NCBI GenBank assembly: GCA_040830765.1
Contig: JBFOMH010000018.1
Coordinates: 32,001 to 96,000, forward strand
Direction of reading: 5' to 3'
Length of the DNA: 64,000 bases
DNA from: Puniceicoccaceae bacterium
Lineage (GTDB): Bacteria > Verrucomicrobiota > Verrucomicrobiia > Opitutales > Oceanipulchritudinaceae
How positions within the stretch are numbered: the stretch's first letter is position 1; every line of letters begins with the position of its first letter. Positions 37,524 to 46,279 of the stretch are shown here, one piece after another. Below the pieces are notes generated by a model. It made no database searches and was not told the DNA's origin. It saw nothing but the letters and a program-made list of their open reading frames with translations. The position numbers and the translations under genes are program-made.

Positions 37524-37571
37524 TTCTTAATCTTTATCTTAATCTTTGTCTTAATTTATATCTCAACCCTA
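37524..37571. repeat. Hexamer tandem repeat (ATCTTA-like)
   Basis: ttctta atcttt atctta atcttt gtctta atttat atctca acccta fills the intergenic gap. Confidence 0.8.
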
Positions 37572-38402
37572 AACAGACTTCAAGTAGGCCTCCGTAATAT
37601 CCTTTAGCCATGCGTCCTGATCGCCTTCCCAACGGGCCTTGCTGAAAATCTCGACCTCATTGTAGCCCTTGAATCCTGCCTTCTCGACCCATCCCCGGAT
37701 AGTGGGAATATCGATACAACCCTCGCCCATGAGCCCGCGGTCCAGGAGCATGTCGGCTGTCGGGGTCCGCCAATCACAGACATGGAAGGCGGTCAGGTTA
37801 CCGTTCTTGCCGCAGCGCTTGATCTCGGATTCCAAATCCGGATCCCACCAGAGGTGATAAACGTCAACGGCAATTCCAACGTAGGGAGAATTGAAATATT
37901 CCGCCATTTCGTTAGCCGACTTCATGGTATTGACCGCGGACCGATCGTCCGCGTACATCGGATGCAATGGCTCGATGGCGAGGGTCACGCCAGCCGCCTC
38001 GGCATGGGGAAGGACGGCCTCAATCCCTTCGCGAATCTGCTTGCGGCTCTCCTCGAGGGACTGATTCGGACTCGCTCCACATACCAGGACAACCATGGGC
38101 GCACCAATCTTCTCCGCCTCGTTGATGGCCAGCCGGTTGTCAGCAAAAGCCTTTACCCGCTCATCCTTGTTGGTGTAGGTGAAAAATCCTCCCCGGACAA
38201 GGGCAACGGTATCCAGTCCGGCATCCTTGATGCGCTTTCCGACATCAAAAGGATCGTGACCCTTCAGGGTATCGCGCCAGACGGTGATGCCCCCGACGCC
38301 TGCAGCGGCAAACTTCTCAATGGCCGTTTCGAGTGACCATGGCTTGGTAGTGATGGTGTGAATGGCACACTTGGAGAGATCCTTAATCGCTTTGGCGGTC
38401 AT
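37569..38402 (-). CDS. Sugar phosphate isomerase/epimerase (xylose-isomerase-like TIM barrel)
   Basis: LAIEPLHP, DVYH, FHVCDW, RGLMGEG, EVEIFS metal-ligand pattern. Confidence 0.9.
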   Translation of the reverse strand: MTAKAIKDLSKCAIHTITTKPWSLETAIEKFAAAGVGGITVWRDTLKGHDPFDVGKRIKDAGLDTVALVRGGFFTYTNKDERVKAFADNRLAINEAEKIGAPMVVLVCGASPNQSLEESRKQIREGIEAVLPHAEAAGVTLAIEPLHPMYADDRSAVNTMKSANEMAEYFNSPYVGIAVDVYHLWWDPDLESEIKRCGKNGNLTAFHVCDWRTPTADMLLDRGLMGEGCIDIPTIRGWVEKAGFKGYNEVEIFSKARWEGDQDAWLKDITEAYLKSV

Positions 38403-38404
38403 GC

Positions 38405-39787
38405 TTATGCTCCTTTCACGCAGCTGAAGAAGGTGTAATAGGGTTTGTCCTCAATGAGGCGCTGGACATAGAGAGCCAATTCACGCATGTGGTAATCGCC
38501 CCACATGCTGGCTTCCCCACAGGCAATCTTGCTGCCCTCCGGCTTGTAGTCCCATCCGTTGGGCTCGTGATAGATGCTGTGCAGGACAAGCCCCTGGTGC
38601 TCGGGGGCGAGGCTGAGGTAAGGCTCATCCAACAAGGTTTCCAGGGAAGTCAGGCCTGCCTGGAAATAGCGTGCGCCCTCCTCCGTCTCGGTCCCGAGGT
38701 AACGGCCGAGGCGAAGCAGACCCTGCGCCCCGATGGCCGCAGCCGAACTGTCCACCGGCTCATGGTCGTTAAACGGATCCGCCTTGCGGCTCTTGTAGTC
38801 GCCCAGTTGCCAAAGGTTCGGTGCGCCCCCATCCCAGTAGGGAATGCCATCCACGGGAGTATTGTCGATGAACCAGTCGCAGGTCGCCCGTGCGGCCTTG
38901 AGGAAAATTGCCTCGATGGCTTCACGCCCGCCGTACGGTTCCAGTTCGGCATCGGAAACCGTCTTCAGGAATTCCAGTTCCTCAGGGAAGCCGACCATGG
39001 CCCAACTCAATCCACGGGTCCATGTGGTAAACCCACTAAAGCCTTGCTGGGCGTTGGGGCAGCGGAAGTTCCCATCGTTGCGGTTAAATATCGCCTCATG
39101 TGTGGTGCGGCCCCACTCATCGTAGGCATCACGGCCTTTCCCGTAGAACACGGAATATTTCGCCGTCGCCTTGGCATGCTCAATCATGCGCCCCAGGAGG
39201 CTTACCGACTTGTCGTTGTCCTCCAGGAGCGAATGACCAAGGCGATCGCTCACTACAAGGGCACGGCAGGTCCGGATGGTGTCGACAAAGAGGGAGTGAG
39301 GACCGTTGAAGGAATACATATAGCCGCCGCCATCAGCAGTCGTGGCCCAGCGCTTCGCCTGGACCGCTCCGGAAATCTTCAGGGCCAGCTCATAGAAGTC
39401 CCGCTCCCACTTGTTTTCCGGAATAATTCCTTCGTTCATCAGGCGCAACAGGTTGCCATAGGTACTGACGTTGTTGAACCCATGGTCGTGCACCCCGAAG
39501 TGACTCACGTGAGGGGCCATCTTGTCCACGGTATCCTTGCGTCCCAGCTCAAGATAGCGCTCGTCCCCGGTGGCATCAAACTGCAGGACCGCACTTCCGT
39601 ATTGGAATCCCTGGGTCCATTCGGTCCAGCCACGGGTGGTGTACTTTCCGGCCCAGGTAAAGACCGGTGACCCTTTCGAGTCGTCATACTCCTTCGCAAT
39701 CAGATCAATCTTCTGACCGGAAACTTCCCAGAACCGGGCTAGTTTCTCACTAAGGTCACTCGCTTGTAACGTGTTCTTAATTTCCAT
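38405..39787 (-). CDS. GH88-like unsaturated glucuronyl hydrolase (no signal peptide seen)
   Basis: EWTQGF, HDHGF, FVDTI, TWTRGLSW, PYWD, DSSAAAI, WGDY. Confidence 0.85.
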   Translation of the reverse strand: MEIKNTLQASDLSEKLARFWEVSGQKIDLIAKEYDDSKGSPVFTWAGKYTTRGWTEWTQGFQYGSAVLQFDATGDERYLELGRKDTVDKMAPHVSHFGVHDHGFNNVSTYGNLLRLMNEGIIPENKWERDFYELALKISGAVQAKRWATTADGGGYMYSFNGPHSLFVDTIRTCRALVVSDRLGHSLLEDNDKSVSLLGRMIEHAKATAKYSVFYGKGRDAYDEWGRTTHEAIFNRNDGNFRCPNAQQGFSGFTTWTRGLSWAMVGFPEELEFLKTVSDAELEPYGGREAIEAIFLKAARATCDWFIDNTPVDGIPYWDGGAPNLWQLGDYKSRKADPFNDHEPVDSSAAAIGAQGLLRLGRYLGTETEEGARYFQAGLTSLETLLDEPYLSLAPEHQGLVLHSIYHEPNGWDYKPEGSKIACGEASMWGDYHMRELALYVQRLIEDKPYYTFFSCVKGA

Positions 39788-39793
39788 AAAATT

Positions 39794-39842
39794 TCCTTCG
39801 TCCTTTGTCTTTAGTCCTTCGTCCTTCGTCCTTCGTCCCTAA
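39794..39842. repeat. Heptamer tandem repeat (TCCTTCG-like), 7 units
   Basis: tccttcg tcctttg tctttag tccttcg tccttcg tccttcg tccctaa. Confidence 0.88.
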
Positions 39843-40393
39843 TACCGCTTCCCCTTCTTGATATGCACAAGAACCAATTTACTGTCTTCCACAGCCTCAT
39901 AGGAGTGCTCCTGGATGGCATCGAACTGGAGGCTCTGTCCGGCGGAAAGCTCTACTGTTTCGTGAGGTAGCTCTACCCGGACCCGGCCCTCAATAATCCA
40001 GCAGGTTTCATGGTCATCATGATGGATCTCCGGCTTGTGGATACGAGCGCCTGCGTCAGCTTCGCCGTAGAAGCAAGCGTGATTGGCGTATCGGGTGACA
40101 CGAAAATGGAATCCGTCACTGCGATATTGTTCATCCGCCTTGAGATGGGCCATTCGCGATTCTGCCAAGCCAAGAAGATCCGTCGCGCTCATGCCGAAAA
40201 CCCGGCCCAGCTTGTAAAGGGTCTCCAGCTCAGCGCTGGTCTGGTTCCGCTCAAGACGGGAAATAACCGCTATGCTGAGTCCGGATCGCTGGGCTGTCTC
40301 TTCCAATGTCAGTCCTTCGCGCTTGCGGATCTCCCGCAAAATCGAAAAATCAAACATTCCGGTAAGCCCGCTTAACTGGTTTTGTTCTGTCAT
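39839..40393 (-). CDS. XRE-family HTH transcriptional regulator with a C-terminal cupin domain
   Basis: LREIRKREGLTLEETA..ISRLERN HTH; HHDDHE..GQSLQFDA..HSY cupin. Start uncertain (40393 or 40357). Confidence 0.9.
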   Translation of the reverse strand: MTEQNQLSGLTGMFDFSILREIRKREGLTLEETAQRSGLSIAVISRLERNQTSAELETLYKLGRVFGMSATDLLGLAESRMAHLKADEQYRSDGFHFRVTRYANHACFYGEADAGARIHKPEIHHDDHETCWIIEGRVRVELPHETVELSAGQSLQFDAIQEHSYEAVEDSKLVLVHIKKGKRY

Positions 40394-40471
40394 AAATTTC
40401 AATTGACGTCCCTCAAATATTTCCACTAAGGATAAATTATCAAGCATTTTTTAACTAAATAGCAAAAAAAC

Positions 40472-41101
40472 ATGAGTTTAAGTTCCGTAAAATCGACCCG
40501 ATTGATGCCAGTTGCCGTCATCCCGAGCCTGGAAAGCGCCCTACCATTGGCGGAGGCATTGATGGAATCTGGCGTTCCCCATATAGAAATCACCCTGCGG
40601 ACGCCCTGTGCGATGGACGCCATGCGGGCCATCCGCAAGGAATTCCCGGACATGATTGTCGGTGCCGGGACCATCCTTGATGCGGAAAGCATTCCCGTGC
40701 TGGCTGACATGGGGGTAGCCTTCGGGGTCTCTCCCGGGCTCAATCCGGCCGTCATTGAAACCGCCCAAGCAAGGGACTTTCTGATGGTCCCTGGCGTCAT
40801 CACACCCGGTGAAGTGGAACGGGGCCTTTCGATGGGCTTGAAGCTCCTGAAGTTCTTTCCTGCCGAAGCGGCCGGAGGGGCAAAGATGCTCAAGGCCCTC
40901 GCGGGACCTTATGGTCACACGGGCGTAAAGTTCGTGCCCACCGGAGGGATCAATGCAGCCAATGCCCAGCCCTATCTCGACCTAAGCGTCACCGAAGCGA
41001 TCGGCGGCAGCTGGTTCGTCGACCAGAAACTCGTGGCCGCCGGCGATTTTGAGAAAATTCGCGACCTGACCCGGGAAGCTGTTCAACTGGCGGCAGAATA
41101 A
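40472..41101 (+). CDS. eda: KDPG/KHG aldolase
   Basis: EITLRT, VGAGT, VSPG, PGVITPGE, LKFFPA, PTGGI. Confidence 0.95.
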   Translation: MSLSSVKSTRLMPVAVIPSLESALPLAEALMESGVPHIEITLRTPCAMDAMRAIRKEFPDMIVGAGTILDAESIPVLADMGVAFGVSPGLNPAVIETAQARDFLMVPGVITPGEVERGLSMGLKLLKFFPAEAAGGAKMLKALAGPYGHTGVKFVPTGGINAANAQPYLDLSVTEAIGGSWFVDQKLVAAGDFEKIRDLTREAVQLAAE

Positions 41102-41128
41102 TCCCGCCGACTGAATATCCGCCTCTTT

Positions 41129-41731
41129 CTAGAAGCGGTCGTTGACAACCACTTCGTCGAGACTGAGCTGGCCCGGCTTGGGCCATGCTGGCTGGGTACC
41201 TTTACCGACGGCGATCATGTAAGAGATGACATGACCCTCGGGGAGGTTGATAATCTCCGCCACCTTGTCGAAGTCGAATCCATCCATGGGACAGGAGTCA
41301 TAGCCCATGGCCTTGGCAGCCAGCATCAGGGTCTGGCCGGCAATGCCACAGGACCTCATGCCTTCATCCCGCTGTACCTGCTCCCGACCAGTGTAGTACT
41401 GCGTAATCGCTGGAACGAGAAAATCCTGCACCGGCTGCGGCGCCTTGTGCCAATACTTTTCCGGTTCCTCCTTCCAGGCATTGAGATTCGCGCACAAGAC
41501 AACCAACAAGGACGCGTCGGTGACCTGCGCCTGGTCCCAGGCGACGGACCGGATCTGCTTTCTCAGTTCCGGGTCCTTGACCACCACCAACCGCCAGTGC
41601 TGCAGGTTGAACGCAGTCGGCGACTGCAAGGTCAATTCGAGGAGCTCCTTCTCCTCAGCTTCAGTCATGATGTGCTCCGGGTCGTAGTGCTTGATGGCCC
41701 GGCGTTCGCGAATCGCTGTCTTTGTGTCCAT
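41129..41731 (-). CDS. Nitroreductase-family protein
   Basis: AIRERRAIKHY, SPTAFNLQHW, MLAAKAMGYDSCPMDGFD. The real start is ATG 41731; the ORF-track extension is antisense to the next gene. Confidence 0.92.
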   Translation of the reverse strand: MDTKTAIRERRAIKHYDPEHIMTEAEEKELLELTLQSPTAFNLQHWRLVVVKDPELRKQIRSVAWDQAQVTDASLLVVLCANLNAWKEEPEKYWHKAPQPVQDFLVPAITQYYTGREQVQRDEGMRSCGIAGQTLMLAAKAMGYDSCPMDGFDFDKVAEIINLPEGHVISYMIAVGKGTQPAWPKPGQLSLDEVVVNDRF

Positions 41732-41879
41732 GGAAGGAAGATACCCAATTGTGAAAATCTGCAAGCGGCACCAGCATTCCTTATACAGAAGGCCAAGCAT
41801 TCTAATATAAAACCGCCGGTCATTGACCCCTCTGAAGCAGGCTGATAAACCGGTTTCCGACCACGATGGAGGTTGACTC

Positions 41880-43346
41880 ATGAATATCGGAAATCGCACC
41901 AGAAAATCACACCTGCTGTTAATCTTGCTCCTGCCCGTCCTTTCCCTGCAGGCCCAACCAGAGCCCAGCGAGGCCACCTCGGAATGCCTGCTCTGCCATG
42001 AGATGGCCACTCCGGGCATCGTCGCCGACTGGCAACGCAGCCGGCACGCCATTACCAGTCCGGCGACTGCCATGGAGCAGGACGAGCTGGCCCGGCGCAT
42101 CTCGGCCGAGTCGGTTCCCGAGGAACTGGCCCAAACCGTTGTTGGATGCTACGAGTGCCATGGATTGCGGACGAGTGAGCACGCCGACTCCTTTGAGCAC
42201 TTCGGCTACCAGATCAATGCCATCGTCTCCCCGGCCGATTGCGCCACCTGTCATCCCACGGAGAGTGGCGAGTATCAGGATTCCAAGAAAGCCCATGCCA
42301 TCGGCAATCTCGGAAGCAATCCGGTTTACCATGCGCTGGAAACGGAAGTTATCGGACTGAAGCGGATCGTTGACGGTGAGCTGACCAGCCTGCCGCCGTC
42401 CGCCCACACCCAGGGCGAAGCCTGTTATGCCTGCCATGGTACCGTCGTCGGGGTCAAGGGAATGAAAACCATCGATTCCGACTTTGGGGAAGTCGAGGTT
42501 CCGGAACTGACCAACTGGCCCAACCAGGGCGTCGGCCGCATCAATCCCGACGGCTCCATGGGTGCCTGCACCGCCTGTCATCCACGGCACGGATTTTCAA
42601 TTGAAGTGGCCCGGAAGCCCTACACTTGTGCCCAGTGTCATGTGGAGCCGGATGTCCCGGCATGGGATGTCTGGAAGGAAAGCAAGCACGGGAACATCGT
42701 CCTCTCCGAAGGCTCGCATTATGATTGGGACGCCGTCCCATGGAAGGCGGGTACCGATTTCCAGGCACCCACCTGTGCGGCCTGCCATAATGCGCTCGTC
42801 ACCGACCTTTATGGCGACGAGGTCATCGCCGAGCGGACCCATGATTTTGGCTCCCGCCTCTGGCTGCGTATCTTCGGCCTGCCGACCAGCCATCCCCAGC
42901 CCATCCATGGGGATACCACAAAGCTCCGGAACGCGGACGGGCAACCCCTTCCCGTGACCTTTGGCGGCGTCCCGGCCGCCGAGGGTCTTATCGATGCGGA
43001 GACCATGGCTTCGCGGCAGGCCGGCATGGAGGCCATCTGCCGTTCCTGCCACTCAACAGACTGGGTCAACGGACACTTTGACCAGTTCGATGCCTTTGTC
43101 GCTGAAGTGGATACAATGGTCCTTGAGACCACCGCCTTGATGAGCCAGGCATGGGAAAGCGGCCTCGCCGATCCGGCCAATCCGTTCAACGAACCGCTGG
43201 AGCATCTCTGGGTCAACCAGTGGCTCATCAACGCCAATGCCGCCCGCTATGCCTCGGCCATGAACGGACAGGACTTCGCCGCCTTCAAGTATGGGTGGTG
43301 GGGCATGTCGCAGACCCTCGCCAAATTCCACGCCAAGCTGGAATAG
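41880..43346 (+). CDS. Octaheme c-type cytochrome, hydroxylamine oxidoreductase (HAO) family
   Basis: Signal peptide; eight CxxCH motifs (CLLCH, CYECH, CATCH, CYACH, CTACH, CAQCH, CAACH, CRSCH); WPNQGVGRINPDG, ESKHG, APTCAACH. Confidence 0.9.
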   Translation: MNIGNRTRKSHLLLILLLPVLSLQAQPEPSEATSECLLCHEMATPGIVADWQRSRHAITSPATAMEQDELARRISAESVPEELAQTVVGCYECHGLRTSEHADSFEHFGYQINAIVSPADCATCHPTESGEYQDSKKAHAIGNLGSNPVYHALETEVIGLKRIVDGELTSLPPSAHTQGEACYACHGTVVGVKGMKTIDSDFGEVEVPELTNWPNQGVGRINPDGSMGACTACHPRHGFSIEVARKPYTCAQCHVEPDVPAWDVWKESKHGNIVLSEGSHYDWDAVPWKAGTDFQAPTCAACHNALVTDLYGDEVIAERTHDFGSRLWLRIFGLPTSHPQPIHGDTTKLRNADGQPLPVTFGGVPAAEGLIDAETMASRQAGMEAICRSCHSTDWVNGHFDQFDAFVAEVDTMVLETTALMSQAWESGLADPANPFNEPLEHLWVNQWLINANAARYASAMNGQDFAAFKYGWWGMSQTLAKFHAKLE

Positions 43347-43422
43347 GAAGAACCAAACCGGGAGAGTTCATTTTCAGCTTGTCCCGGCACCCTCCTCCAC
43401 CGACCCTTTGCGGAAGGTCGCT

Positions 43423-44214
43423 ATGGAAAAACATATCCTCATCACAAACGATGACGGCATCGAGTCCGGGTTCCTGCACGCCATCGCCGGTGCGTTGGCG
43501 AAGCGTTTCCGCATCACAATCGCCGCGCCTGGTTCCGAGCAAAGCTGGATCGGCCGGGCGGTCTCGCGTCGTGGAGGTGTCCCCGTGCAGAAGCACGCGG
43601 AGCTTCCCTGGCCCGCATGGACCATTGGCGGGACACCGACGGACTGCGTGAATATTGCCATGGCCAACCTCCTTGAGGAACGCCCGGACGCGGTGGTTTC
43701 CGGTATCAATATCGGCTACAACACCACTACCCAGCTCATCTATTGCTCGGGTACCGTCGCCGGTGCCCTGGAAGGGGCCTTCTGGGGTCTCCCGGCCTTT
43801 GCCGTCTCCCTGGAAATCCCCGATACCATCTTCTGGGAAGTCAGCCAGGCCAAGGGCCGCATGCCCGAGGGTTGGCAGTCCCTGCTGGACGACAGCGCTG
43901 AACATGCAGCTGGCCTGGTGGCGGAATTGCTGGAAAAGGAAAAAACCTCCACAGGGAACGGGGATGCCGTCGTCCATAACCTGAATTATCCTTCCCGACC
44001 GGAAAATCCCTTCCGCATACTCCGCACCATCCCGGCCCATTTGCGGGAAATGGGCTTTTTTCAGTCGGATGGAAACGGGGAGTATAATTTCCACTTCACC
44101 CACGGGAAAATGCGCCCATCAGAACAAATTACGGACCGGGAAGCCCTTGCCAAGGGAGCCGTTAGTCATTCAATTTTGAACTTTTCCGCCCTGGGAAGAG
44201 ACCTAAACCATTGA
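43423..44214 (+). CDS. surE: 5'/3'-nucleotidase SurE
   Basis: ILITNDDG, GTPTDCV, VSGINIGYN, SGTVAGALEG; start ATG 43423. Confidence 0.94.
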   Translation: MEKHILITNDDGIESGFLHAIAGALAKRFRITIAAPGSEQSWIGRAVSRRGGVPVQKHAELPWPAWTIGGTPTDCVNIAMANLLEERPDAVVSGINIGYNTTTQLIYCSGTVAGALEGAFWGLPAFAVSLEIPDTIFWEVSQAKGRMPEGWQSLLDDSAEHAAGLVAELLEKEKTSTGNGDAVVHNLNYPSRPENPFRILRTIPAHLREMGFFQSDGNGEYNFHFTHGKMRPSEQITDREALAKGAVSHSILNFSALGRDLNH

Positions 44215-44266
44215 CCCCCGGTTGAGGTTCGACACATTTATCCCTTTTATCGCACTACTAAATAGC

Positions 44267-45427
44267 ATGAGCAGACCGCGCCAAATAAAGGCTTTCGTGA
44301 TTTTACTGACCACATTCGTGGCAGGGGTTTTCCACGCCATCGCGCAGGAGGAAGCCGCCACCGAAACGCTCGATCCCGGCCCGTTTTACGGTTTCTGGCA
44401 AATACAGGAACCCGCCGGTGACACCTGTGTTCTCATCATCAAGCGGGGCGGCCGCCTCTCCTGTTTCTGGGCAGGTTCCTCGGCCCGCAATATCGAGAAG
44501 GGCACATGGCAGCGAACCGGGGAGATCCTGACCGCGAAATGGGAAGCCGGCCACACGGAAGTATTTAAAATGATGGGCGAGAACGCCATTGAGCGCTCCA
44601 CCTTCCAGCCCGGGCAGTCGATCCTCGGTGACCCGGCCTACACCATCCGGGGCGTCCGGATCGATTCGCGCATCCCCGGCAGCCTCACTACCAAGTCGGA
44701 CGGGCCACCACCCGTACGCGAACAAGTTGAAGATTCCTCTACCCGACCGGAAATCCCGGTCAACAACCCTTTCACCGGCTACTGGCTTGTCGACCAGTCG
44801 ACGGGCATTTTCGGAATCGGCGGCGGTGAACCGAATTTCTACCTCCACCTCAGCCGCGATGGGGATGCTGCGGTTGCCCTGCGCGACTGGGAAGGCGATG
44901 AAGGCGTGCAGGGTCTCTGGCGAATTGACGGCGACCGGGCCGTCATCACATGGCCCAACAACCGCCGGGATGTCCTCATCCCGAATGCTGAAGGCGGCTA
45001 CACCCTCGGCACCTACAAGCCAAAGGACAAGCTGACCAATAAGCCGCGCCAGCTCAGCAAGGCCAGGAAAGTGACATTCTCCGACGCGGACCAGTATTTC
45101 GAAGCCGGCGAGTTCGATCGCATGACGGTCCTCGATATACGCGGGACCTGGGTTCCTCAGGAATCAACCGGAACCCGGGAATACATTTCCATCGAGGGAT
45201 GGGGCAACGCCTACCGCTATCCGGCCAAGGCTGGTGGCAGCGGGACAGATCCCGGCAAATGGCGCTTGGCCAGCGACCATGTGGTCATTACCTGGATCGA
45301 CGGTTCCAAGGATCTCCTGCGCATCGCCTTTCCCCATTTTGTCCAGGACAGCTTTGCCGCGGGAGAACCCATTACCGGCACGCCTTTCCGGACGATTCCC
45401 GTCATCCGGACGGAAAACGAGAACTGA
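44267..45427 (+). CDS. Secreted hypothetical protein with three internal repeats
   Basis: Signal peptide ending AIA; three GxW..GxW..W repeats. Confidence 0.75.
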   Translation: MSRPRQIKAFVILLTTFVAGVFHAIAQEEAATETLDPGPFYGFWQIQEPAGDTCVLIIKRGGRLSCFWAGSSARNIEKGTWQRTGEILTAKWEAGHTEVFKMMGENAIERSTFQPGQSILGDPAYTIRGVRIDSRIPGSLTTKSDGPPPVREQVEDSSTRPEIPVNNPFTGYWLVDQSTGIFGIGGGEPNFYLHLSRDGDAAVALRDWEGDEGVQGLWRIDGDRAVITWPNNRRDVLIPNAEGGYTLGTYKPKDKLTNKPRQLSKARKVTFSDADQYFEAGEFDRMTVLDIRGTWVPQESTGTREYISIEGWGNAYRYPAKAGGSGTDPGKWRLASDHVVITWIDGSKDLLRIAFPHFVQDSFAAGEPITGTPFRTIPVIRTENEN

Positions 45428-45436
45428 GCGGCCGCC

Positions 45437-46279
45437 TCAGGGTAGCCAGGGAAACTTGTTGAATTCCGGGGCGCGTTTCTCGACGTAGGCCTTGTGCCCT
45501 TCCTCGCCTTCCTCAGTCAGGTAATAGAGCAGTGTCGCGTTGCCCGAGAGTTCCTGCAACCCGGCTTGGCCATCGACATCCGCATTGAAGGCACTCTTGA
45601 GGCAGCGGATGGCAAGGGGACTCTTCTCAAGAATCTCGAGGGCCCACTGGACACCTTCCTCCTCAAGCTGCTCCACCGGAACGACCTTGTTGACCAACCC
45701 CATATTCTCTGCTTCTTCGGCATTGTACTGGCGGCACAGATACCAGATTTCACGTGCCTTTTTCTGGCCGACAATGCGGGCCAGGTAACTGCTGCCAAAG
45801 CCGCCGTCAAAGCTGCCCACGCGTGGCCCGGTCTGCCCGAAGACCGCATTGTCGGCGGCAATCGTCAGGTCGCAAATCACGTGCAGGACGTGGCCCCCGC
45901 CGATGGCATATCCCGCCACCAGGGCGATCACCGGCTTGGGCATGCTCCGGATGAGCCGTTGCAATTCGAGGACATTCAGTCGCGGCACACCGTCCTTGCC
46001 GACGTACCCGCCCTTCTGCTCGCCTCGGATCTTCTGGTCACCACCCGAACAAAAGGCGTACTTGCCATCGGTGTGCGGGCCCGCTCCGGTGAGGAGAACG
46101 ACGCCGACGCGGGTGTCGTTGGCGGCATCGTGAAAGGCGTCCAGCATCTCATCCACCGTATCCGGTGTGAAGGCGTTGCGCCGGTGGGGCCGGTTGATGG
46201 TCACCTTGGCGATGCCATTCCACTTCTCATAGATGATGTCCGAATAGTCCTTAACCGATTTCCAATCTGCTTTACTCAT
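45437..46279 (-). CDS. menB: 1,4-dihydroxy-2-naphthoyl-CoA synthase
   Basis: [39 protein letters not shown]. Confidence 0.97.
   Translation of the reverse strand: MSKADWKSVKDYSDIIYEKWNGIAKVTINRPHRRNAFTPDTVDEMLDAFHDAANDTRVGVVLLTGAGPHTDGKYAFCSGGDQKIRGEQKGGYVGKDGVPRLNVLELQRLIRSMPKPVIALVAGYAIGGGHVLHVICDLTIAADNAVFGQTGPRVGSFDGGFGSSYLARIVGQKKAREIWYLCRQYNAEEAENMGLVNKVVPVEQLEEEGVQWALEILEKSPLAIRCLKSAFNADVDGQAGLQELSGNATLLYYLTEEGEEGHKAYVEKRAPEFNKFPWLP

Noticed and set aside
38489..39670. 393-aa plus-strand ORF
   Set aside because: Antisense shadow of the GH88-like gene.
40403..40432. Sigma-70 promoter for eda (TTGACG)
   Set aside because: Good -35 but no convincing -10 at 16-18 nt spacing.
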